A DNA stretch of 64,000 nt from an uncultured Gemmatimonadales bacterium (GCA_963716255.1 OY970303.1:5792001-5856000); one strand, 5' to 3'. Positions 1-10,400 are shown, numbered from the stretch's first letter. Notes: generated by a model from the letters alone, not told the origin. Made by a program: numbers and translations.

Positions 1-3000
1 GACGGCGAGAACGCGGCCGCCGCGCTGGAGGGCCGCGCGCCGCAGCGGGTGCTGGGCGCCGCCGCCCCGGAGGGCGCGCGCCCGGTGGCCTTCCTGTTCG
101 CCGGCGTGGGCGACCACTACCCGCAGATGGGGCGCGGGCTGTACGAGACGGAGCCGGTGTTCCGCGCGGAGGTGGACCGCTGCGCGGAGATCCTGCGCCC
201 GCACCTGGGCGTGGACCTGCGCGAGGTGCTGTACCCGGGCGACGCGCCCGCGGAGGAGGGTGAGGCGGCGCCCAGGATCGACCTGCGGGCGATGCTGAGC
301 CGCGCATCGGCGGGGCCGGACGACGCGGCGGAGCGCCTGAACGCGACGAGCATGGCGCAGGCGGCGCTCTTCGTGGTGGAGTACGCGCTGGCGAAGCAGT
401 GGATGGCGTGGGGGGTGAAGCCGGAGGCGATGATCGGCCACTCGCTGGGCGAGTACGTGGCGGCGGCGGTCGCGGGCGTGTTCAGCCTGGAGGACGCGCT
501 GATGCTGGTGGCGGAGCGCTCCCGCCTGATCGAGGAACTGCCGGAGGGCGCGATGCTGGGGCTGCCCATGGCGGAGGCGGAGGTGCTCCCGCTGCTGCGC
601 GACGGCCTTGCCGTGGGAACGGTGAACGGCCCGGGGATGACCGTGGTCTCCGGCCCGGTGGATGCGGTGTCCGCGCTGGAAACGGAGATGGCGGGGCGCG
701 GGGTGGCCTGCCGCCGCCTCCCCACGCGGCACGCCTTCCACTCGCCGATGATGGCGCCGGTGGCGGAGCGCCTGGCGGAGCTGATGCGGCGCGTGAAGCT
801 GAGCGCGCCGGAGATCCCCTTCGTTTCCAACGTGACGGGGACGTGGATCCGCGCCGCCGAGGCGACCGACCCGGGGTACTGGTCGCGCCACCTGGTGGGT
901 ACGGTGCGCTTCGCGGAGGGGATGGAGGCGCTGGCCGGCGACGGCCGCCGCGTGATGCTGGAGGTGGGCCCCGGCCAGACGCTGGGCACCTTCGTGCGCC
1001 AGCTCGACCGGGGAGACGATGCCGCGGAGCCCACGGCGGTGGCGTCGCTGCGCCACGGCTACGAGCGCCACGCGGACGTGGCGTTCCTGCTGGGCGCGGC
1101 GGGGCGGCTCTGGCTGGCCGGGGTGCCGGTGGACTGGACGGAGCTGCACGCGCACGAGCGGCTGCGCCGCGTCCCGCTCCCCACGTACCCCTTCGAGCGC
1201 AGGCGCTTCTGGATCGAGCCGCGCGCCGGGGGTCTCCCGGAGGCGGCGCGAGGGGGCGACCCGCTCGCCAAGAAGCCGGACCCGGCGGACTGGCTGTACC
1301 TCCCCGCGTGGAAGCGCGCCCCGCTCGCCGGGACCGCGTCCGCGGAGGCGGGCGAGTGGCTGGTGCTGGCGGACGACGAGGGGATCGGCGCGCGGCTGGC
1401 CGGGCGGCTGGAGGCGCTGGGCCACGCGGTGACGGTGGTGGAGGCGGGCGACGGCTGGGCGCGCCGGGACGACGGGGGGTACACGGTGCGCCCCGGCTCT
1501 GCGGAGGACCTGGCGGCGCTGCGCGACGCGCTCCTCGCGGCGGGCGCGAACCCCCGCGCCGTGATCCACCTGTGGGGGGTGGACCCGGAGGGCACCAGCG
1601 ACCCGGACGCGTTCGGGCGGGCGCAGGCGCGCGGCTACGCCACGCTGGCCGCGCTGGCGCGGACCTTCGCCCGCGACCGCGCGGAGGGGCCGCTGCGGGT
1701 GACCGTGGTGACGGAGGGGGTGCAGGACGTGGCCGGCGGCGAGCCGACCGTCCCCGCGCGGGCCACGGTGCTGGGCGCCTGCGTGGCGCTGCCGCAGGAG
1801 CACGGGCACGTGAGCTGCCGCGCCGTGGACGTGCTCCTGCAGGCGGGCGGCGCCGAGCGGCTGGTGGACCAGCTCCTGGCGGAGGTGACGTCGGACGCGG
1901 CGGACGCGGTGGTGGCGTACCGCGGCCCGCGCCGCTGGGCGCGCGGCTACGAGGCGGTGCGCCCCGCCGCGGGCGGATCGGGGATCCGCCGGGGCGGCGC
2001 GTACCTGTTCTCCGGCGCGCTCGCGGGGGGGAGCGAGGTGCTGGCCGAGCACCTGGCCGCGGAGTTCGGCGCGCGGATCGCCGTGGCGGTGGACCCGGAC
2101 TTCCCGGAGCGCGAGCGCTGGGACGCGCGCCTGGCGGCGGCCCCGGAGGACGCCTCCGCGATGACCATCCGGGGGATCCGCGCGGCGGAGCACGCGGGCG
2201 CCGAGGTGCTGGTGGTGCGCGCCGGGGCGGAGGACGCGGCGGCGCTGGCGGCGGCGACCGCGGAGGCGCGTCGCCACCTGGGGGCCTTGCACGGCGTGGT
2301 GCACGCCTTCGGGCTGGGCGCGGCGGGGGAGCGCGTGGCCCTCGCCGAGGCCCCCGCCGGGGACGCCGCGGCGGACTTCGCCCGGGTGGCGCGCGAGCTG
2401 GCGGCGCTGGAGGAGGCGGTGGAGGGGGTGCCGCTGGACTTCTGCGTGCTCCAGAACTCGCTGCTCTCGGTGTTCGGCGGGGCGGGGCTGGCGGCGGCCA
2501 CGGCGGCCAGCGTTCTGGTGGACGCCTGGGCGCAGCGGCACGCCGCGGAGCGCGGCGGGCGCTGGACGGGGGTGGACTGGGACCGCTGGCACCTGGACGC
2601 GGGCGAGGACGCCATCGCGGGCACGGCATTCGACGAGCGCGCCATCCTGCGCGCGGAGGGCGCCCGCGCCTTCGAGCGCATCGTGGAGCTGGCGCACGAG
2701 CCGCGGGTGGTGGTGTCCACGCACGACCTGGACGCGCGTATCGAGCAGTTCCTGGCCCCGCGCGGCGCCCACGCGCGCCACCCGCAGCCGGACGACGCGA
2801 CGCTGCACTCGCGCCCGGAGCTGGGGAACGCGTATCATGCCCCCACCACGGAGGCGGAGGAGATCCTGGTGGGGGTGTGGCAGGAGCTGCTGGGGATCGG
2901 GGAGATCGGCGTGCACGACGACTTCTTCCACCTGGGCGGCCACTCGCTCCTGGCCACGCAGCTCATCTCCCGCGTGCGCGACACCTTCCAGGTGGAGCTG

Positions 3001-3117
3001 CCGCTCCGCGCCATCTTCGAGGCGCCCACCATCGCCCGCCTGGCGGAGGTGATCGAGGAGGCGATCATCCTGGAACTGGAGCAGATGAGCGACGAGGAGG
3101 CGATGAGCCTGATCTGA
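1..3117 (+). CDS. Type I PKS module, 5'-truncated by window edge (AT - degenerate KR - carrier domain)
   Basis: AT motifs MIGHSLGE and HAFHS; post-AT linker LPTYPFERRRFW; KR-like region; carrier motif [14 protein letters not shown]; acidic C-terminal docking-like helix LEQMSDEEAMSLI. Frame is open from position 1. Confidence 0.95.
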   Translation, partial: DGENAAAALEGRAPQRVLGAAAPEGARPVAFLFAGVGDHYPQMGRGLYETEPVFRAEVDRCAEILRPHLGVDLREVLYPGDAPAEEGEAAPRIDLRAMLSRASAGPDDAAERLNATSMAQAALFVVEYALAKQWMAWGVKPEAMIGHSLGEYVAAAVAGVFSLEDALMLVAERSRLIEELPEGAMLGLPMAEAEVLPLLRDGLAVGTVNGPGMTVVSGPVDAVSALETEMAGRGVACRRLPTRHAFHSPMMAPVAERLAELMRRVKLSAPEIPFVSNVTGTWIRAAEATDPGYWSRHLVGTVRFAEGMEALAGDGRRVMLEVGPGQTLGTFVRQLDRGDDAAEPTAVASLRHGYERHADVAFLLGAAGRLWLAGVPVDWTELHAHERLRRVPLPTYPFERRRFWIEPRAGGLPEAARGGDPLAKKPDPADWLYLPAWKRAPLAGTASAEAGEWLVLADDEGIGARLAGRLEALGHAVTVVEAGDGWARRDDGGYTVRPGSAEDLAALRDALLAAGANPRAVIHLWGVDPEGTSDPDAFGRAQARGYATLAALARTFARDRAEGPLRVTVVTEGVQDVAGGEPTVPARATVLGACVALPQEHGHVSCRAVDVLLQAGGAERLVDQLLAEVTSDAADAVVAYRGPRRWARGYEAVRPAAGGSGIRRGGAYLFSGALAGGSEVLAEHLAAEFGARIAVAVDPDFPERERWDARLAAAPEDASAMTIRGIRAAEHAGAEVLVVRAGAEDAAALAAATAEARRHLGALHGVVHAFGLGAAGERVALAEAPAGDAAADFARVARELAALEEAVEGVPLDFCVLQNSLLSVFGGAGLAAATAASVLVDAWAQRHAAERGGRWTGVDWDRWHLDAGEDAIAGTAFDERAILRAEGARAFERIVELAHEPRVVVSTHDLDARIEQFLAPRGAHARHPQPDDATLHSRPELGNAYHAPTTEAEEILVGVWQELLGIGEIGVHDDFFHLGGHSLLATQLISRVRDTFQVELPLRAIFEAPTIARLAEVIEEAIILELEQMSDEEAMSLI

Positions 3118-3124
3118 GGGAAGA

Positions 3125-3168
3125 CCCCTCACCCCCCGCCCCCCTCTCCCACAGGGGAGAGGGGGAGC
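3125..3168. repeat. Palindromic element family D (ccctcaccccc..cccctctccc..gggagagggg), left-half copy
   Basis: Same motif as 9392-9445 and 26676-26722; hairpin cccctctccc-acag-gggagagggg. Confidence 0.7.
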
Positions 3169-3190
3169 CAGCGGACGCCAGCGCGAGACT

Positions 3191-3330
3191 CGCGTGAGGG
3201 ATTTCGGCCCGGAGGGGCGAGACCCGGCGGGGCTGTTTCCGCCGGGGCTCGACTCCGTTGGCGAGCGTTGTTTGCTCGCCTACGGAGCCGAAGCCCGACC
3301 CCGGCGCCAGCCGGGGGCACACCCGGACCC
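3191..3330 (+). repeat. Structured dispersed repeat family A, copy 1 (~135 bp)
   Basis: cgcgtgagggatt..cggcccg.aggggcgagac..ggctcgactccgtt..tacggagccgaagcccgacccc..gggggcac; five copies in window. Confidence 0.9.
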
Positions 3331-3388
3331 GTTTTGCCCCGAGCCGTTTGGTCGTATATTTCCAGACCCAACCCGAACCCGCGACCCG

Positions 3389-4315
3389 ATGAACACGACC
3401 GCCGCAACCCTGGACGAGCCGATGGCCGGTACACAAGAGGACACGACGAGCACCCCGCGAAAGCTCGCCACCGTCGGCGTGGTCGGTGCCGGGGTGATGG
3501 GCGTGGGCGTCGCGCAGAACCTGGCCCAGACCGGCCACCGCGCCGTGCTGCTGGACCTGGACGAGGAGATCCTGGCGAAGGCCCGCCGCGAGATCGAGCG
3601 CAATGTGCGCTTCCACGGGATGATGGCCCGCCAGAAGGGCGGCCCGTCGCTCCCGGAGGTGATGGAGCGCATCACCTTCACCACCGACTACGCGCCCTTC
3701 GCGGAGTGCGACTTCGTGGTGGAGAACACCACCGAGAAGGAGCCGGTCAAGAAGGGGATCTACCCGGTGATCGACGAGGTCTGCCCGCCGCACGCGGTGT
3801 TCGCGGCCAACACCTCGTGCATCAGCATCACGCGCATCGGCTCGTGGACCGGGCGGCCGGACCGGGTGCTGGGGATGCACTTCATGAACCCGGTGCCGCT
3901 GAAGCCCGTGGTGGAGACCATCCGCGGCCACTTCACCTCGCAGGACACCATCGACACCGCGCTCCAGCTCCTGAAGCAGATGGGCAAGGAGGGGATCGTG
4001 GTGAACGACTACCCGGGCTTCGTTTCCAACCGGGTGCTGATGATCACCATCAACGAGGCCGCCTGGGAGGTGATGGACGGCGTCGCCAGCGCGGAGGACG
4101 TGGACCGCATCTTCGTCACCTGCTTCGGCCACAAGATGGGGCCGCTCGCCACGGGCGACCTGATCGGGCTGGACACCATCCTGTACTCGCTGGAAGTGCT
4201 GGTGGAAAGCTACAACGACCCCAAGTTCCGCCCCTGCCCGCTGCTGCGGAAGATGGTGGACGCCGGCCTGCACGGCAGGAAGACGGGCAAGGGATTCTTC
4301 GACTATACGGTGTGA
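3389..4315 (+). CDS. 3-hydroxyacyl-CoA dehydrogenase family, FkbK/ZmaG-like (glyceryl-ACP oxidation)
   Basis: GVVGAGVMG Rossmann motif, ANTSCISI, GMHFMNP, GFVSNR; next to ACP, acyl-CoA dehydrogenase and FkbH. Start could alternatively be 3422. Confidence 0.9.
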   Translation: MNTTAATLDEPMAGTQEDTTSTPRKLATVGVVGAGVMGVGVAQNLAQTGHRAVLLDLDEEILAKARREIERNVRFHGMMARQKGGPSLPEVMERITFTTDYAPFAECDFVVENTTEKEPVKKGIYPVIDEVCPPHAVFAANTSCISITRIGSWTGRPDRVLGMHFMNPVPLKPVVETIRGHFTSQDTIDTALQLLKQMGKEGIVVNDYPGFVSNRVLMITINEAAWEVMDGVASAEDVDRIFVTCFGHKMGPLATGDLIGLDTILYSLEVLVESYNDPKFRPCPLLRKMVDAGLHGRKTGKGFFDYTV

Positions 4316-4321
4316 GCAGTT

Positions 4322-4368
4322 CTCCCCCCTCTCCCGCTTGCGGGGGAGGGGGCCGGGGGGAGGGGGCC
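4322..4368. repeat. Palindromic element family D, right-half copy
   Basis: cccctctcccgcttgcgggggagggg matches 9462-9487 inside the NRPS. Confidence 0.7.
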
Positions 4369-4374
4369 TGCCGT

Positions 4375-4510
4375 CGCGTGAGGGATTTCGGCCCGGAGGG
4401 GCGAGACCCCGCGGCCGTTTGCGGGGGCTCGACTCCGTTAAGCACAGTTGTATCGTGCTTTACGGAGCCGAAGCCCGACCCCGGCGTCAGCCGGGGGCAC
4501 GCCCGGAACC
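4375..4510 (+). repeat. Structured dispersed repeat family A, copy 2
   Basis: Alignable to 3191-3330. Confidence 0.9.
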
Positions 4511-4563
4511 GTAGTTCGTTCGTTGAGATCGACACGACAACCAACCAACAGGAATGCCGACCC

Positions 4564-4812
4564 ATGGCTGACAACAAGGCAAAGATCCGCGAGTTCATCG
4601 GCAAGCACATCCGCGGGCACGAGCTGACGGACGACGAGGACATCTTCGCGAGCGGCTTCGTGAACTCCATGTTCGCCATGCAGCTGGTGCAGTTCGTGGA
4701 GACCGCGTTCGGCGTGGCGGTGGAGAACGAGGACCTGGAGATCGACAACTTCCGGTCGGTGGACGCCATCGCGGCGCTGGTCGAGCGGAAGACCGCCGCC
4801 CCCGCGGCGTGA
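4564..4812 (+). CDS. Stand-alone acyl carrier protein, FkbJ/ZmaD-like (82 aa)
   Basis: MADNKAKIREFI...GFVNSMFAMQLVQFVE...DNFRSVDAI; RBS-like agga upstream. Confidence 0.92.
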   Translation: MADNKAKIREFIGKHIRGHELTDDEDIFASGFVNSMFAMQLVQFVETAFGVAVENEDLEIDNFRSVDAIAALVERKTAAPAA

Positions 4813-5990
4813 GCGCACCCGCCGGCACCCCCGGCGTCGCGGCGCCGGCCGGTCCCGACGCGGCGGACGGCGGCTGGACCCGCGCGTCGGTCCGCGCCTG
4901 GGTGGACCGCGAGGTCGCGCCCTTCGCCGGCGAGTGGGACCGCGCGGCGGCCACCCCGCCGGAGACCATCCGCAAGGTGGCGGAGGCGGGCTTCCTGGGC
5001 GCGCTGGTGCCGCGCGAGCAGGGTGGGGCGGGGGCCGACTGGGTAACCTTCGCCATGCTCAACGAGGAGCTGGGGCGCGGGTGCTCGTCCATCCGCTCGC
5101 TGCTCACGGTGCACAGCATGGCGACGTACGCCGTGCTGCGCTGGGGAAGCCGCGCCCAGAAGGAGCGCTGGCTGGGGCCGCTGGCGCGCGGCGAGGTCGT
5201 CGGCGCGTTCGGGCTGAGCGAGCCGGGCGTGGGGAGCGACGCGGGCGCCATCGAGACCGGGGCCGTCCCCGACGGCGACGGCTACCGCCTGCACGGGCAT
5301 AAGAAGTGGACGACCTACGGCCAGGTCGCCGACCTGTTCCTGGTCTTCGCCAAGGCGGAGGGAAAGCCCGTCGCCTTCCTGGTGGAGCGCGGCACGCCGG
5401 GGCTGACCGTGGCGCCGCTGCACGGGATCACCGGGACGCGCGCCTCCATGCTGGCGGAGCTGCACTTCGACGGCGCCCTGGTGCCCAGGGAGAACCGCGT
5501 CGCGGGGCCGGGCTTCGGCATCGCGGTGGCGCTGGCGGTGCTGGAGGTGGGGCGCCTGAGCGTGGGCGCGGGGTGCGTGGGGATCGTGCAGGCGTGCCTG
5601 GACGCGTCGCTGGCGTACGCCAGCGGGCGCGCGCAGTTCGGCGCTCCGATCCGCGAGCACCAGCTGGTGCAGCGCATGGTCACGAACATGGCGACCGACC
5701 TGCGCGCCGCGCGCCTCCTCTGCCGGCACGCGGCCGAGCTGCGCGACGCCGGCGACCCCGCGGCCGCCGAGGAGACCTTCGTCGCCAAGTACTTCGCCTC
5801 CACGGCGGCTACACGGGCGGCGCTGGACGCGGTGCAGATCCACGGCGCCAACGGCTGCTCCGAGGCGTACCCGGTGGAGCGCTACCTCCGCGACTCGCGG
5901 GTGATGGAGATCATCGAGGGGAGCACGCAGATCCAGCAGCTCACCATCGCCAACAACGAATACAGGCGGTTCGACGCGTCGGTCGCCTGA
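4809..5990 (+). CDS. Acyl-CoA/ACP dehydrogenase, FkbI/ZmaE-like
   Basis: FGLSEPGVGSDA, R.QFG.PI..HQLVQ, QIHGANG, EIIEGSTQIQ; GTGA overlap with the ACP gene. Confidence 0.92.
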   Translation: MSAPAGTPGVAAPAGPDAADGGWTRASVRAWVDREVAPFAGEWDRAAATPPETIRKVAEAGFLGALVPREQGGAGADWVTFAMLNEELGRGCSSIRSLLTVHSMATYAVLRWGSRAQKERWLGPLARGEVVGAFGLSEPGVGSDAGAIETGAVPDGDGYRLHGHKKWTTYGQVADLFLVFAKAEGKPVAFLVERGTPGLTVAPLHGITGTRASMLAELHFDGALVPRENRVAGPGFGIAVALAVLEVGRLSVGAGCVGIVQACLDASLAYASGRAQFGAPIREHQLVQRMVTNMATDLRAARLLCRHAAELRDAGDPAAAEETFVAKYFASTAATRAALDAVQIHGANGCSEAYPVERYLRDSRVMEIIEGSTQIQQLTIANNEYRRFDASVA

Positions 5991-6022
5991 CACGCATACA
6001 CGCACCACTTCCGGAGAGCCCC

Positions 6023-7102
6023 ATGAGCCAGACCGAGACGCCGGCCGCCCCCGTCCCCGCCGCGGACCGGCGCAAGGCCAAGAAGGTCAAGGTGGTCGTC
6101 TGGGACCTGGACAACACGGTGTGGGACGGCGTCCTGCTGGAGGACGCCGGCGTCGCGCTCAAGCCCCAGGTGCCGGAGATCATGCGCCAGCTGGACGAGC
6201 GCGGCATCCTCCAGTCCGTGGCCAGCAAGAACGACCACGACGCGGCCATGGCCAAGCTGCGCGAGCTGGGGCTGGACGAGTACTTCCTGTACCCGCAGAT
6301 CAACTGGAACTCCAAGGCCAGCTCCGTCGAGCAGATCCGCGCCTCCATCAACATCGGCATGGACGCGGTGGCCTTCGTGGACGACCAGCCGTTCGAGCGC
6401 GAGGAGGTGGCCCACACCCACCCGCAGGTGCTGTGCATCGACACGGCGGAGCTGGACGCGCTGCTGGACATGCCGGAGATGAACCCCGAGTTCATCACCG
6501 ACGATTCCAAGATCCGCCGCCGCATGTACATGGCGGACGTGGAGCGGAACCGCGCCGAGGCCGATTTCGTGGGGCCCACGGACGACTTCCTGGCCACGCT
6601 GGGAATGCGCTTCGTGATCGCCCGCTGCGGCGAGGACGACCTGCAGCGCGCCGAGGAACTGACGGTGCGCACCAACCAGCTCAACACCACCGGCTACACC
6701 TACTCGTACGAGGAGCTGAACGCGCTGCGCCGGTCGCCGGACCACCTGCTGCTGGTGGCGTCGCTGGAGGACAAGTACGGCACCTACGGCAAGATCGGGC
6801 TGGCGCTGGTGGAAAAGACCGCCGAGGCGTGGACGCTCAAGCTGCTGCTGATGTCGTGCCGGGTGATGTCGCGCGGCGTGGGCACCATCATGATGAACTA
6901 CATCATGGAGCAGGCGCGCGAGGCCGGGGTGAAGTTCCGGGCCGAGTTCAAGCACAACGGGCGCAACCGGATGATGTACGTCACCTACAAGTTCGGCGGC
7001 TTCCGCGAGGTGGGGGAGACGGACGGGCTCCTGCTCCTGGAGCACGACCTGGAGGGGATCCAGCCGTTCCCGGACTACGTGGACGTGCGGATCGAAGATT
7101 AG
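6023..7102 (+). CDS. fkbH: FkbH-like HAD-IIIC glyceryl-S-ACP transferase/phosphatase
   Basis: WDLDNTVWDG, SKND, FVDDQPFER, RTNQLN, LLMSCRV (catalytic Cys). Confidence 0.93.
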   Translation: MSQTETPAAPVPAADRRKAKKVKVVVWDLDNTVWDGVLLEDAGVALKPQVPEIMRQLDERGILQSVASKNDHDAAMAKLRELGLDEYFLYPQINWNSKASSVEQIRASINIGMDAVAFVDDQPFEREEVAHTHPQVLCIDTAELDALLDMPEMNPEFITDDSKIRRRMYMADVERNRAEADFVGPTDDFLATLGMRFVIARCGEDDLQRAEELTVRTNQLNTTGYTYSYEELNALRRSPDHLLLVASLEDKYGTYGKIGLALVEKTAEAWTLKLLLMSCRVMSRGVGTIMMNYIMEQAREAGVKFRAEFKHNGRNRMMYVTYKFGGFREVGETDGLLLLEHDLEGIQPFPDYVDVRIED

Positions 7103-7110
7103 CTGCTTCG

Positions 7111-7290
7111 GCGGGGCCGCTCCGGAGCCGGACGATACAGCCGTCCGTCTCCTGCGCGGGCTCCGGGAACCCCGCCAAACTGCCGGCGGGTTTCCCTCCG
7201 CCGGAGTGAGCCAGCCGAAACCGCCCGGCTGTCTCCCTCCGCAACGGATTTGAGGGGTACTGCGGAACGGCGAAGACACGAACGGCCCTC
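7111..7290 (+). repeat. Structured dispersed repeat family B, copy 1 (three tandem hairpins)
   Basis: ggccgctccgga..tcctgcgcgggctccggga.ccc..aaactgcc..ccct..gccggag.gagcc..aaac..gtctccctccg; also at 55556, 57955 (-) and 59189 (-). Confidence 0.85.
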
Positions 7291-7346
7291 CCTCGTCTGC
7301 AGCGAAGGCCGCTGTCGACGGCCGCTCGTGCCTTGATCGGCCGGAA

Positions 7347-7402
7347 GCCCTCCCCCAGAATTGGGGGAGGGTGGCGGCTCTAAGGCCGCCGGGTGGGGGC
7401 CG
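7347..7402. repeat. Palindromic element (ccctcccccagaattgggggagggtggc...)
   Basis: Near-perfect palindrome; the same motif is found in frame at 26750-26800 and 30001-30050. Confidence 0.75.
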
Positions 7403-7471
7403 TCCGGTCGACGCCTGGACAGCCCTTTACGGCCAGGAATCATCGGCTTTCACGCGGGAACGATACGCAGC

Positions 7472-10400
7472 ATGCAGAAGTCCGACGGCAGGTCCGGGGG
7501 TGCGGCGCTGTCCGACGCCAAGCGCGCGCTGCTGGAGAAGCGCCTGCGGGGCCAGGCGGCGGGGGCGGCGCGGCAGCGCGACGTCATCACCCCGCGCGAG
7601 ACCGCCGGGCCGCCGCCGCTCTCGTTCGCGCAGGAGCGGCTCTGGGTGCTGGACCAGCTGGACCCGGGGAGCCCCGTCTACAACATCGCCGCGGTGTCGT
7701 ACCTGGACGGGCCGCTGGACCTGGAGCTGCTGGAGCGCACCCTGCGCGAGATCCTGCGGCGGCACGAAGCGCTGCGCACCGTGTTCCCGCGGGTGGGCGG
7801 CGAGCCGGTGCAGGCGCTCCTCGATCCCGCGGACTTCGCGCTGGAGCTGGAGGAGATCCCGCGGATGCCGGAGGCGGAGCGCGACGCGTACGTCCGCCGC
7901 CGCACCCGCGAGGAGGGGTCGCGCCGCTTCGACCTGGCGGCGGGGCCGCTCTTCCGCGTCCGCATCTACCGGCTGTCGCCCACGCGGCACGTCTTCCACA
8001 CCATCAAGCACCACATCGTCACCGACGGGTGGAGCATGGGCGCGCTTTCCCGCGAGCTGGAGGTCATCTACAAGGCCTTCGCCACGGGCGAGCCGTCGCC
8101 GCTGCCGGAGCTGCAGATCCAGTACCGGGACTACGCCGCGTGGCAGCGCGAGTACCTGACGGGCGAGACGCTGAAGCGCCAGGTGGACTACTGGCGCGGG
8201 CACCTGGCCGGCGTCCCCAACCTGGAGATGCCCACCGACCGGCCGCGCCCGCCGGTGGAGAGCCACCGCGGCGCCTTCCACCGCTTCGTCATCCCCGCGG
8301 AGGTCACGGCCGGGCTGCACGCCCTCAGCCGGCGCGAGGGCGTCACCCTCAACATGACCATCACCGCCGCCTGGGCGGTGCTCCTGGCCCGGTACGCGGG
8401 GCAGGACGACTTCGCCATGGGGACGCTGATCGGCAACCGCAACCGCGCGGAGACCGAGGGGCTGATCGGCTTCTTCGTCAACACCGCTGCGCTGCGCATG
8501 GACCTGTCCGGCGACCCCGGTTTCCGCGAGTTCCTGCGGCGGACGCGGGGGGCGCTGCTGGACGCGGACGCGCACCAGGACCTCCCCTTCGAGCGGGTGG
8601 TGGAGGAGCTGCGGCCGCCGCGCGACCTGAGCCGGCACCCCGTCTTCCAGGCGATGTTCTTCCTGCACGCCTTCGTCGTGCAGCACGCGCCCATGCCCAA
8701 CCCGGACCTGGGCGGCGTCACCTTCGCCGCCTTCGACCCGGAGAGCGGGATCGCCCTGCAGGACACCGGCGCGGCCAAGTTCGACCTGGGGCTGGGGATG
8801 GTGGAGCTGGGCGGGGTCCTTTCCGCCATCCTGGAGTACGCCACCGACCTGTTCGACGCGGCCACCGCGGAGCGCATCTGCGACCACCTGAACACGCTCC
8901 TCGCGGCCGTCGTCGCCGACCCGGACGCGTGCGTGTGGGACCTGCCGATGGCTCCGGACGCGGAGCTGCGCGTCCTGGAGGCCCGCGGCGCCGCCCGCGC
9001 CGACTTCCCGCCGGAGTGGACGGTGCCCGAGCGCTTCCGGGCGCAGGCCGCGCGCACCCCGCAGGCCCCCGCCGTCCGCGCGGGGAGCGAATCCCTCGCC
9101 TACGCGGAGCTGGACGCGCGGGCCGGCCGCCTCGCCGGCCGCCTGCGCGCGCTGGGGGTGCGGCCGGGCGACCGCGTGGGCGTGGCGCTGGAGCGCTCGC
9201 CGGATGGCGTCGCCGCCATGCTGGCCACGTGGAAGGCCGGCGGCGTCTACGTCCCCCTGGACCCCGGCTACCCGCGCGACCGCCTCGCCTTCATGCTCGC
9301 CGACGCCGCTCCCGGCGTGCTGGTGACATCGTCGGGGCTCGCGGCCGCGCTCCCGGAGTTCGGCGGCGAGGTCGTCCTGGTCGACGAGGAGGCCCCCTCA
9401 CCCCCCGGCCCCCTCTCCCCCGCAAGCGGGAGAAAGGGGGAGAACGACGACGTATCTTCAGCCCCTCTCCCGCTTGCGGGGGAGGGGTTGGGGAGGGGGC
9501 CGTCTTCCCTCGCCTACCTGATCTACACCTCGGGCTCCACCGGCACCCCCAAGGCCGTCGCCGTGTCGCACGGGGCGCTGGCGGCGACGCTGGCGGCCAG
9601 CGGCGAGGCGTTCGGCTTCGGCGCGGAGGACGTGGTGACGGCGCTGGCGTCGTCCGCGTTCGACATCTCGCTCTGGGAGACCCTGTCGCCGCTGCTGGCG
9701 GGAGGAACGGCGCTGCTGGTGCCGCGGGAGATCGTGGCCGACGCGGCCGCGGTGCTGGAGGCGGCGCGGGACGCGACGGTGCTGCACGCCGTGCCCGCGC
9801 TGATGCGCGAGGTGGTGCGCGCCGCGCGCGAGCGGGGGGCGCCGTCGCGGCTGCGGGCGCTGTTCGTGGGCGGCGACGCGGTGCCGCCGGAGCTTCTGGC
9901 GGAGATGCGCGAGGCGTTCCCCGCCGCCGCGACGCACGTGCTGTACGGGCCCACCGAGGCGGCGATCATCTGCGCGTCGTTCCGGGTGCCGCGGGAGGGC
10001 GAGGTGGCGGGCAATCCCATCGGGACGCCGCTGGGGAACGCGGCGCTGTCGGTGCGCGACCCGCGCGGCGCGCCCTCGCCGCCGGGGGTCCCGGGCGAGC
10101 TGTGGATCGGCGGGGCGAGCGTGGCGGAGGGGTACCTGGGGCGGCCGGAGCTGACGGCCGAGGCGTTCGTGGCGGAGGACGGCGCGCGGTGGTACCGCAC
10201 CGGCGACCGCGCCCGCTGGCGCGCCGACGGGACGCTGGAGTGGCTCGGGCGCACCGACCGGCAGGTCAAGGTGCGCGGCTTCCGCATCGAGCCCGGCGAG
10301 ATCGAGGCCGCGCTCACCCGCCTCCCGGAGGTCCGCGACGCCGCGGTGGCCGTGCGCGAGGACGAACCGGGGGAGCGGCGGCTGGTGGCGTACGTGGTCC

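Noticed and set aside
3191..3330. tRNA or known riboswitch identity for the multi-stem repeats
   Set aside because: No T-loop, D-loop or CCA signature and no recognisable aptamer consensus; multi-copy dispersed behaviour fits a repeat element.
3194..3388. N-terminal extension MRDFGPEGRDP... of the dehydrogenase, and similar peptides in other ORFs
   Set aside because: Translation of repeat family A, not true coding sequence; the real start is at 3389 or 3422.
7361..7471. Upstream TTG start for NRPS1
   Set aside because: It falls within a palindromic repeat; ATG 7472 directly precedes the docking helix.
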